Shown here: positions 13,771 through 24,083 of the stretch, one piece after another
Position numbering within the stretch: the stretch's first letter is position 1
Layout of the letters: every line of letters begins with the position of its first letter
Source: Octopus sinensis
Taxonomy: Eukaryota
Direction of reading: 5' to 3'
Assembly: GCF_006345805.1 (NCBI RefSeq)
Contig: NC_042999.1
Span: forward strand, 86,428,001-86,492,000
Length of the DNA stretch: 64,000 nt
Position numbers and translations under genes: made by a program
The notes under the pieces: generated by a model
Seen by the model: the letters and a program-made list of their open reading frames with translations, nothing else
Databases searched by the model: none
Told to the model about the DNA's origin: nothing

Positions 13771-14067
13771 TATAGAAATAGCTAGAGTTAGTAATTTCAT
13801 TATGTACAGAGACTATATTGAGGAACAGCAACTGATATGCTCTGCGTAAGACCACTTCGACCACCATCAGAATCTACAACAGTGCTTCTCAAAATCGGGT
13901 GGGAGGGTGTTACTGTTCCCCCTACGAGCGATAGAAAATATATGGGTATTGAAGACACAGAGGGCTGTATGGGGTCAACAGTGGTATTAATACATTTTAT
14001 TTTATTAATTAACTTTTAAAACAGTTTTTATGTAATAAATACTATGATAGACTGCTTAACTGAATGT

Positions 14068-14820
14068 ATACCATCTCTTTTACTCTTTTACTTGTTTCAG
14101 TCATTTGACCGTGGCCATGCTGGAGCACCGCCTTTAGTCGAGCAAATCGACCCCCAGGACTTATTCTTTGTAAGCTTAGTATTTATTCTATTGGTCTCTT
14201 TTGCCGAACCGCTAAGTTACGGGGACATGAACACACCAGCATCGGTTGTCAAGCGATGTTGGGAGGACAAACACAGACACACAAACACACACATATATAT
14301 ACATACTAGTAGTATCGCCCGGCGTTGCTCGTGTTTGTTAGGGAAATAACTATAAAGCATTTTTAGAGAGTTATAGCCAAAAAATGGAAAAAAAATGATG
14401 GTAAATTTTTTTAGTTAAAAAGGTCGAGTTGCGTCCCCTAGACAGTCTGTGTTTCTGATTCTCGACCCCATGTCGAATTTATCGATTTTTTTCAGAACTG
14501 GGGGAACTTTTCAAAATTTTCGCTGCGTTAGTTTTGAATTATGACATTGGGCTATGTGTGTGTCAAGTTTCATCAGAATCGGTTGAAAGCCGTGGTCAGG
14601 GTGAGGGTACAACCTAACAGACACACAGAAACACTGCCGTTTATATAGAGAGATACACGACAGGCTTCTTTCAGTTTCCGTCTACCAAATCCACTCACAA
14701 GGCTTTGGTCGGCCCGAGGCTATAGTAGAAGACACTTGCCCAAAGTGCCACGCAGTGGGACTGAACCCGAACCATGTGGTTGGTAAGCAAGCTACTTACC
14801 ACACAGCCACTCCTGCGCCT
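14068..14820 (-). mobile_element. SINE family B copy interrupted by a Helitron-like insert
   Basis: Tail at 14068-14300 and head/core at 14655-14820, both reverse-complement matches to family B. Confidence 0.85.
14304..14654. mobile_element. Non-autonomous Helitron/Helentron-like (Lep1/DINE-like) insert
   Basis: Starts TACTAGTAGTATCGCCCGGCGTTGCTCG, ends ACAGACACACAGAAACACTGCCGTTTATATAGAGAGAT; no TSD visible; sits in the SINE microsatellite. Confidence 0.55.
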
Positions 14821-15880
14821 ATTTAAAATTTTTGTTGAAAAATTGTTAGTAAAAGAATGGAGACGTGACAAGCACTGATCTACAGGTTATTGAAGAAGCC
14901 TCTATACGGTCACTTGGTCAGAAAGAAATGGCAGGAGACATGAAATAATGTAACCTTAAGTTTGGAAAAAAAAACTCAAGACTAGATGAAATGGTAACGA
15001 GTGAAATTCCTTAAATCATATATCTGATTCTTTATATCAACGCTGACTCAGGGCTAAAAAAAACAACATAAAGAAAGGTGATTTAGATTGTAACCTTAGA
15101 GAATATTACAACAAATAAGAATGTTTGTTTAGTTTACCATAGCCTCTTCAGTCTCATCGTTGTGGTATTACAAATAGTAAACGAGAAACTTATGATATAT
15201 AAAACTTTCTTCATTTTATGCCTCTGCAAAATGTATTATATTTTTCTTTTATCTGATATTTCATTACCATAACTTTTAGAATAAGGATAATTAATAGCCA
15301 AGCACATTTAAGATATCATATAGAGCAGGAATAGAAGATGCTAAGCAAATTACATTTCTTGCATTCTATCATACCAATACTGTGTGATTCATATGATACA
15401 TAGCAAAGGAATACAAAGTTACTGGGAGGAAGTTTAAGCATAATATTAATCTTAGGGTAACAACCTCTCCTTTAAATTCTGCAGCTTAATGCTTGTATAA
15501 ATATTACATAGCATAAACAAATAAATATTCTCCTTCATCACTATATTTCGGACTTCCTTTTGTGCATAATCTGACACTATATGAAAAAAGTTTTATTTCT
15601 ACACTAATTGAATTAAGATTTTAATTACTCTCCTTTCCTGTCCGACTAACTTCTTCCAAACAACATAATATCTATTTCCCACCATTAAACTGCAGGGGTC
15701 TGCGGAAGTATTCAGTGCATCAAACCTCAGCAGTTGTTCTTTGGTTAGCTTCAGAACAAGGGAGGAAAGATATATGTAATGTCATAACCTAAATACGAAC
15801 ATGCTTTAGACAAACTATTTTAAAGCAAGATTTTATTACAAAACCAATTTCTTTTATATATATATATCATAAACGTGTAA

Positions 15881-16085
15881 AGGCGGCGAGCTGGCAGAAT
15901 CGTTACCGCGCCGGGCAAAATGCTTAGCGACATTTCGTCCATCTTTACGTCCTAAGTTCGAATTTCGCTGAGGTAGACTTTGGCTTTCGTCTTTTCGGGG
16001 TCGATAAATTATGTACCAGTTGAACATTGGGGACGGTGTAATCGACAAGCCGCCCCCCCCCACCATAAACATTTCTGGATTGTAC
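15881..16085 (+). mobile_element. SINE family A copy
   Basis: GGCGGCGAGCTGGCAGAATCGTTA head and conserved domain. Confidence 0.85.
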
Positions 16086-16099
16086 CAAATTTTAAAATA

Positions 16100-16293
16100 C
16101 AGTAACCCCTCGCCATATCGTAGTTTATTATTTAAGCTTACGTCGATTCCTCCATGTTTTGCATTTATAATAAATGAAATATATACAAATTATAAAAATT
16201 TAAAAAAATATACAGTACTGTTTCTACTTGGCGGATTTTCACCTATCGCGGGTTTTTTGGAACGTAACACTCGTAATAGTCGAGGGATTACTG
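16100..16293. mobile_element. pogo/Tigger-type MITE
   Basis: TA-CAGTAACCCCTCGCC ... GTCGAGGGATTACTG-TA inverted ends. Confidence 0.7.
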
Positions 16294-16632
16294 TATGTCA
16301 TAGACATGTGAAGGTGCGTGGCGTAGTGGTTAGGGGCATTTCACTCCCGATCGCAAGACGGTAGTTTCGATTCCCAGACAGGCGACGTGTTATGTTCTTG
16401 AACAAAAGACTTCGTTTCACTTTGTTTCAGTCCATTCAGTTATAAATGAATAATTCTGCGACGGAATAGTCCGTCGCAGAATTATTCCGTTCTGGGGAAA
16501 TGTTGGCCTGTTCGCCTATCCAGTAGGATAGTACCGTTCGAAACCAGCAACAAAGTGACAAAAGTGCATTCTGACTAACGGTGTATAAAAACATCCGATA
16601 GCCTGATCGATACAGCGATATCATAGACTCAA

Positions 16633-17190
16633 GCGCAAGCGTGGCTGTGTAGAAAGAAGCTTGCTTGCCAACCACATGGTTCCGGGTTCAGTCCCACTGT
16701 CTGGCACCTTGGACAAGTGTCTCCTACTACAGCCTCGGGCCGACCAAAGCCTTGTGAATAGAATTAGTAGACGGAAACTGAATAAAGCCCGTTGTATATC
16801 TATATATATATATATATCTGTGCGTGAGTGTGTGTGTCTTCGTGTCTATGTCTCAGTCTGTCTGTCTGTCTCTCCCCCTCCCTAATATTACCAAGTCATT
16901 TTCAGTGGTAAAGTTTAATGAAATTTTTGACTTTGAAGCATCGTAAACATTTTACATTTTAATACAACTTACTCGTTTCTTTGTCCTCCACCACCACCGC
17001 TTGACAACCGTTGTTGGCGTGTTTACGTCTCCGTAACGTTGTGGTTTGGCAAAAGAGACCGATAGAATAAGTATCAGGCTTAACAAAAAAAAATGTGCTG
17101 GGATCGGGTCATTCGACTAAAAATTCTCCAAGGTGCTGCCTCAGCATGGCCGTAGTTTAATGGATGAAACAAGTAAAAGATAAAAGACAA
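16633..17190 (+). mobile_element. SINE family B copy with an internal ~100-bp insertion
   Basis: Head/core 16633-16880, tail resumes at about 16980 (CCACCACCGCTTGACAACCG). Confidence 0.8.
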
Positions 17191-17699
17191 CTAGATAAAA
17201 TTTTTTAAATTAGTAGCAATTGGAAAAAAGTACGGTAGAGAGCTGCATCTATCTCTCTCTCTAATATTACTCCTCCGTTTTGGTTTCAGTCATTTTCAGT
17301 GCTAGAGTTTGATGAAATTTTTATTTTGAAGCCTTGTAGATATTTTACATTTTAATACGACTTCTTTGTTTCGTTAATATATTCACCAAGTCAATAAACG
17401 GGCAAGCATAAACACTAAATAGGTCTCACAGTAAATTTCGATACGTTGCAGATACTATACTATGTTGTGTGTACAAGTGAGAATTTTCGTTTGCAGTGTG
17501 TTATACCTTTTTATCTAACTCAACATATAAAAGAATGCTCAACGGGTCCTACTGAATGTGATTGTGTGTAACCTTATAGGGCCAGTTTGGTCCCATGAAA
17601 ATGAGAACTGATTGTTTCAAAATTCTATATAAAATAATGTGTTGATTCGAGATATAATATACATATATACACATATACATACGTACGTTTGTACGTACG

Positions 17700-17898
17700 T
17701 ACATACATACATGTCACTTCAGCAATGTAACTGCATACGTACTGTTAGAGATTTCTATTCTTTCTTTGGACTTTTCTCCTTTCCGACGAAGATCTATGCT
17801 CGAAACGTCAAACTCCCTCTCTTCACCGAGCGTCAAGCTAATGCATTGTTTGTGTACGTCCTCTTGTTGTCCGTTAATTTTATTCGTTTATTTGAATT

Positions 17899-17900
<2 letters not shown>
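17700..17900 (+). mobile_element. PLE-type 3' end relic with a degenerate minimal hammerhead
   Basis: TTT-CCGACGA-AGATCTATGCTC-GAAAC-GTC-AAA at 17780-17813, followed by a T-rich tail into (TA)n. Confidence 0.45.
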
Positions 17901-17938
<38 letters not shown>

Positions 17939-18048
17939 ATATATATATATATGAGAATGAAAATAAACTCAAATTAGGTAATCAACTTTTTTTACATATA
18001 GTTATAAATTCGACTTAAAATACGTATATATATATGTATATATATATG

Positions 18049-18104
<56 letters not shown>

Positions 18105-18125
18105 TATGTGTATTATATATATGTG

Positions 18126-18177
<52 letters not shown>

Positions 18178-18183
18178 ATATTA

Positions 18184-18220
<37 letters not shown>

Positions 18221-18343
18221 ATTATTCACAATCAAGGAACGGCCATAATAGGCCATTCACCCACTAGAAATAACAGCCAAGCTTCAACCGCAAAATAACA
18301 TTAATTCCGTAACCAGGAAAAATTAAAAAACATTTACCCTGTA

Positions 18344-18451
18344 ATTTCTTATAACGATGCACCGTTTCATCTACTGTTTAATGGTAAACTAACCTGATTA
18401 AATTAAATCAAGCCAACTTCCCATAGGCCCTTAGATTCGTCAGTAAGAAAT
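18344..18451 (-). ncRNA. Type I hammerhead ribozyme, copy 1 (one extra base at the cleavage site)
   Basis: Minus strand ATTTCTTA-CTGACGA-ATCTA...TAGAT-GAAAC-GGTGCATC-GTTA-TAAGAAAT. Confidence 0.75.
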
Positions 18452-18823
18452 AGCCAGATCGGAACAGATATTTTCACGAGGCATTTCTGTCCTGCTTCGG
18501 CAAATATCTGACCTAAAATTTTCAAATCATCGCACTCGCGCCAATTTATCGGCAGCAAATAAATATAAGCCGCCGATTCATTACGGAATTAACCAGAAAA
18601 TTCATAATTAATCAATATAGGTGGCAAAAAATTTTGTAGAATTTTTTGCCACCGCGGCCTAGTGGGAAAAAATTAAATAGTCATAGACCATTTTTAAGTT
18701 CAACATCACAATCAAGGAACGGCATAATAGGCCATTCACCCACTAAAATAACAGCCAAAGCTTCAACCGCAAAATAACATTAATTCCGTAACCAGGAGAA
18801 AATTAAAAAACATTTACCCTGTA

Positions 18824-18927
18824 ATTTCTTATACGATGCACCGTTTCATCTACTGTTTAATGTAAACTAACCTGATTAATTAATCAAGCCAATCTTCCAT
18901 AGGCCCTTAGATTCGTCAGTAAGAAAT
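18824..18927 (-). ncRNA. Type I hammerhead ribozyme, copy 2 (intact; predicted GUA cleavage between 18832 and 18831)
   Basis: Minus strand ATTTCTTA-CTGACGA-ATCTA-[55 nt]-TAGAT-GAAAC-GGTGCATC-GTA-TAAGAAAT: 8-bp stem I, 5-bp stem II base, full conserved core. Confidence 0.9.
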
Positions 18928-19304
18928 AGCCAGATCGGAACAGATATTTTCACACGAGGCATTTCTGTCCCTGCCTCGGCAATATCTGACCTAAAATTTT
19001 CAAATCATCGCACTCGCGCCAATTTATCGGCAGCAAATAAATATAAGCCGCCGATTCCATTACGGAATTAACCAGAAAATTCATAATTAATCATATAGGG
19101 TGGCAAAAATTTGTAGAATTTTTTTTGCCACCAGCGGCCTAGTGGGAAAAAATTAAATAGTCATAGACCATTTTTAAGTTCAACATCACAATCAAGGAAC
19201 GGCCATAATGGCCATCACACCCACTAGAAATAACAGCCAAAGCTTCAACCGCAAAATAACATTATTCCGTAAACCAGGAGAAAATTAAAAAACATTACCC
19301 TGTA

Positions 19305-19411
19305 ATTTCTTATACGATGCACCGTTTCATCTACTGTTTAATGGTAAACTAACCTGATTAATTTAAATCAAGCCAATCTTCCATAGGCCCTTAGATTCGT
19401 CAGTAAGAAAT
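19305..19411 (-). ncRNA. Type I hammerhead ribozyme, copy 3 (intact; predicted cleavage between 19313 and 19312)
   Basis: Same architecture as copy 2; predicted cut sites 481 nt apart. Confidence 0.9.
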
Positions 19412-19717
19412 AGCCAGATCGTAACAGATATTTTGACGAGGCATTTCTGTCCCTGCCTCGGCAATATCTGACCTAAAATTTTCAAATCATCCGCACTCGC
19501 GCCAAATTTATCGCAGCAAGCAATTATAAGCCGCCGATTCCATTACGGAATATATATAAATATTATATATATATAATATATATATAATAATAATATATAT
19601 ATATATAAATATATATATATATTATATAAAATATTATTGAGACAAAACCACTATTTTGCAAAACAACAAGGAAAGACTTAATCAATACATAAAATTTAAT
19701 AATAGTCAAAAAAACCG

Positions 19718-19760
19718 CCACTACAATCGTTTCTTGTCTTGATCGACAATCTTCAGGTGG
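19718..19760 (-). ncRNA. Minimal type I hammerhead ribozyme in the PLE 3' end
   Basis: Minus strand CCAC-CTGAAGA-TTGTC-GATCAA-GACAA-GAAAC-GATT-GTA-GTGG. Confidence 0.8.
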
Positions 19761-22660
19761 ACTTCCAATCTAAAAAATCAAATTTTAAAATATAAAAATT
19801 ACTTTTAAATAATTAAAGTATAAATGAAAAAATATAAGTATATAATCCATATATAACCTATATATAATCCATATCGAAAATATAGACTAATTACCACGAA
19901 TTCCCTAAAAAAACCATGATAAAACAAAACTCTTAAAAACATATAACGATAAAATCTCCCTTTGCTAAACTCTATAACAAACCTATAAAGTAAACCCCCT
20001 AACCTAAACATTCACACACATACACACACGTAAACCACAGACTCACGACTTATACACATACCTATACTAACTTATAAACCTCAATATACACCAAAACCCA
20101 CTCCCTCCCCACACAGACAAATTACACATACATCCCAAAACCTAAATAACAAACCCATATACACATTCACACACAAACACACACTCACACGCAAAACACT
20201 CACACACAAAAGATACATATACTCCCTCACATATACGCCTATACATACTCACTAAACTCGACATATACAACACATACTTACACACCCACACAAAAACATT
20301 ATACATTTATGAGCTTTAACTCACCTTAGCATCTCTAACAAAACTTGCAGTAACCCAATCCCATTCTCTATGCCTACCTCACTACTACACTATTCCATTC
20401 ACATTCCAAGCAACGCTAGTCCACCACCCGTTATTCACGTGGCAAAACGAACACCACTCGAAAATTATGAATGAAACAATGTAAAAAAATAACCAACACC
20501 TAAAATAGACAAAATACCACGAATTACCTAAAAAAACCATGATAAACCAAAACTCATAAAGCATATAACGATAAAATCTCCCTTTGCTAAACCCTATAAC
20601 AAACTTATATAGCAATCCCCTAACCTAAACATTCACACACAAAAACCCACACGTAAACCACAGACCCAAGACTTATACACAAACCTATACTAACTTATAA
20701 ACCTCAATATACACCAAAAACCACTCCCTCCCCACACAGACAAATTAAACACATACATCCCAAATCCTAAATAACAAACCCAATACACATTCACACACAA
20801 ACACACACACACGCAAACACACACACACAACAGATACATATGCTCCCTCACATATACGCATATACATACTCACTAAAACTCGATATATACAACAATATTT
20901 ACACCCACACTCATACAGATAAATAAATTAATTACAATTAAAACTCACAACCAATCTCATATACATAAACACTCTTATGAAAACACAATAAATACATCGT
21001 AATTAACCAGAATATCAAAAATAACATTATGACATAAGGATAATCAAATACATACTTACAATTCAGTTACAATTATGAAGTGAAATTAGATTCTTAGCCG
21101 TTAAAAAACCAAACAAAATTACGTTACCATGGAAATAACTAATGTAAAAAAAGAATGCGCCATAGAAAGTAAACGTCATTCATAGTATGAATGGAAAATA
21201 TAATAAATGAACTAAAACTATTTCCACGTAGCAAACCAACGCTACTTAAAAAAATTTATTATGAATGGATTCTTTAAAAACTATCATGAAAATCAATTAT
21301 ATACATTTATGAGCTTTAGCTCACCCTAGCAACTCTAACAAACAACTTACAGTAACCCATACTCAATGCCTACCTCATTACCACCCTAATCCATTCACAA
21401 TTCCAAGCAACACTAGTCCACCACCCGGTTACAATTCCCAACTCTACCCATTCATTCACATTTCAACGACGTTCCCTTCAACAACTCTACATATAAGCCT
21501 CAACATTACACCGGAGATACACTTACACATCCGTACGGATGGGTGAGAGTATACATTAAGTGTAGTGATGGGGCTCCCATTTCTAACACATTTGTACCTG
21601 TGTGGTAGTCTCCATGTGTATATTCACGCACGGGTATAAATACAGGGGGTACACGTTCACTTCATTTACGTGTACCCCTCACATGTACATATGCATACTA
21701 TTTTGGCTCGATATATGCAACAATGTAATCGCGCCTATGTGTGAGCATTCACTGGTTGTGCAATTCACCTCTGGGTGTGATTGTGTGTAAACTTATCACT
21801 GTGGAGGTCGAGCTTGATACGTATATATTAGTGTGTATTAGGGGTTGTACGTACTAATTATGTTCATGTGCTTCACGCACTTGCGTCCATGTATGGAAGA
21901 ATATATTGGGATTACTATGTAGGTGTAATAGGGTATGGGGGAGTTTTGTCATTGTATGGGTGTGGGTTTCATTTGTGATGGTGGTTTAGTTGGTGATTAT
22001 TAGTATGTTCTGTATATTAGGGCTAGTATGTATTATTCAAGTGTGTATAATTGTATACATATAATTGGTGTGAATGGGATTACTCCCATTTTTTTTTTTT
22101 TTTTTTTTTTTATTATTATTTTTAGGGGATGTATGTGTTTATTTATCCATGTGGGGCTGGAGTGGCCGTTAGGTGCATATGCTGAGGCTCACATGCAAAC
22201 CAAGTACAACGAATGAAGTGGGCACTTATAATTGTTATGGGTGTGTACTTTATTATAAAAGACAATACCCAAATAAAATCTGTCAATTCAACATACAAAT
22301 AAAAAACAAAAAACAAAGGGATCTTAAACATTCACACATACATACAAAACTCAATAAAACACCACTAAATAACACCCAAAACATATAAATATATCCTCAA
22401 AATACATATAACAAATGCAAATAAAAATACATAATAAATAAAATAATAAAAATAAAAATAAAAAAATAAAAAAATCTAATATAAATTATTAAAGTTTTAA
22501 CGTACCATAAACTGCTAAATTAATATACATTAAAAATGAACTAATTAAAACAAAGAAATATCAATAAAGACTAACTATAATTAAATCCTAGACAACATAA
22601 CCAAATATATCATCTAAACTATTTAAACTAAACTAAAATAACCTAAAGGGAACTATATTG

Positions 22661-24083
22661 CTATTTATCATGAAACTTATTATATAAGTAAAGTAACTTG
22701 TGTCTACATTTTATTTTGCGCTCCTCCCCAGTATTAAGTAATTATCATACTTATAAATAAATTTCTTTAAACTCATTAGAGCATAAATAACAACAATTAG
22801 CTCCTATATTATATGATTTAGTTTTACAAATTATTTCCCATATTAAACTATAATTAATATTTAGTGAATTAAGACTCCAAATATACTTACTAAGTCCGGT
22901 TGAGTTGATTAAGTTTTATTTTAAAAGAATTCATATGTTGTGCAATTCTTGTTTTATTTTTGAGGAAGTAGAACCTATATAAACCGCTTTTGTGTAATTA
23001 TTATTCTTAAAGTTATTATCATGTATGTAACTATACATTTATACACTACATCGTTAATATCACAATTATTATTTAATATACATTAGATTTATCTCTACAT
23101 GTACAATTAATATAAGTCTTATCATTATTAATATTATTATCAAATAATTTCTTTTATAAAAATTATTCATTTATATTTATTAATGAAGAAATAATGTTAC
23201 CAACATTATTAGTGGTAGAGTAACCAACTCCAAAATTATTAAAAGAGAAAATGTTTCTATATTACGATTATCTCTAATAAATAGTTCTATAACATCTAAA
23301 ATCTCTTTAATAATATTCGTTTTAACTTGATCTCCATAAGGAACTATTAACCAAATTTTTATTCTTATTAACCTTATTATTATTATCATTATTATAAATA
23401 TATTTATAATTCTTTATTTTATTAAAATTATTATCAGAATTATATCTATGTACAGCATTTAAGGAATTATTATATTATTAAATTTATCAATATAATTATT
23501 ATAATAATTATTAAATTTATTTTATTTATATTATTCTTATTTATATTATTATTATTATATTTTATTATTATTTATTATTCTTATTTATATTTTTTATCAT
23601 TTTTATTATTTTTTTATAATATCTATTATTTTTACCACTAAACGTAACAAAATTATAATTATTATTAGAAGTATCTCGAAAATTATCATTTAAAATCATT
23701 ATCGCTAATATTATAAAATTTAATATTCTTATTATAACCTGCCCCTCTAAGGGCCTCATTATAATAATTAGCATGTTTATTAAAAATCTCTATATCATAA
23801 GAGAGTAATGAAATACGTTTACTTATATTATTAATCAACGATTTTTTAATAGAAAATGGGTGATTACTATTACATTTATATATCTAAGGTTCTCATTAAG
23901 TTTATGATATGGTTGTGTTTTACCTGTAATAAGATTAAAATTAACATCTAAATAATTAACATTATAATTCTCCTTATATATAGTAATACGTAAACCATAT
24001 CTTTTAAAGAAACTATATAGTTTTTTCTTATATACTTCTAGATTCCTATTAGTACAATTCTTTGTAACTAGTAGAAGATCGTC
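22661..24083 (-). pseudogene. PLE reverse transcriptase C-terminus, Asn-rich insert, Cys linker and GIY-YIG endonuclease, broken by single-base frameshifts
   Basis: Joined translation across frames: DDLLLVTKN...YLDVNFNL...NSNHPFSIKKSLINNISKRISLLS...YYNEALRGAGY...KIWLIVPYGDQVKTNIIKE...GYSTTNNVGNIISS...NCTCRDKS..C..VVYKC...VYIGST...NSTGLSKYIWSL...YSLIWEII...CCYLCSNE...CRHK. Confidence 0.9.

Larger units (their letters stand above)
18224..19550 (-). mobile_element. Retrozyme-like tandem array: 2.75 copies of a ~480-bp non-coding unit with one type I hammerhead per unit, embedded in (TA)n
   Basis: CACAATCAAGGAAC recurs at 18227, 18707 and 19187; no ORF; hammerhead core in every copy; several internal inverted repeats. 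Confidence 0.85.

Noticed and set aside
18224-19550. CRISPR array, or hammerheads on both polarities as in some viroids
   Set aside because: Units are whole 480-bp repeats without unique spacers; the plus strand has no CTGANGA core (only CTGATTA and CTGACCT).
19628-24080. Mitochondrial insertion (numt) or control region
   Set aside because: AT richness and strand skew are suggestive, but the translation matches PLE RT/GIY-YIG and no mitochondrial genes or tRNAs are present.
22661-24083. Selenoprotein-type Naiad (in-frame UGA at conserved Cys plus SECIS)
   Set aside because: The conserved Cys positions (CTC, CCYLC, CRH) are TGT/TGC; the TGA codons I saw fall in frameshifted low-complexity sequence.
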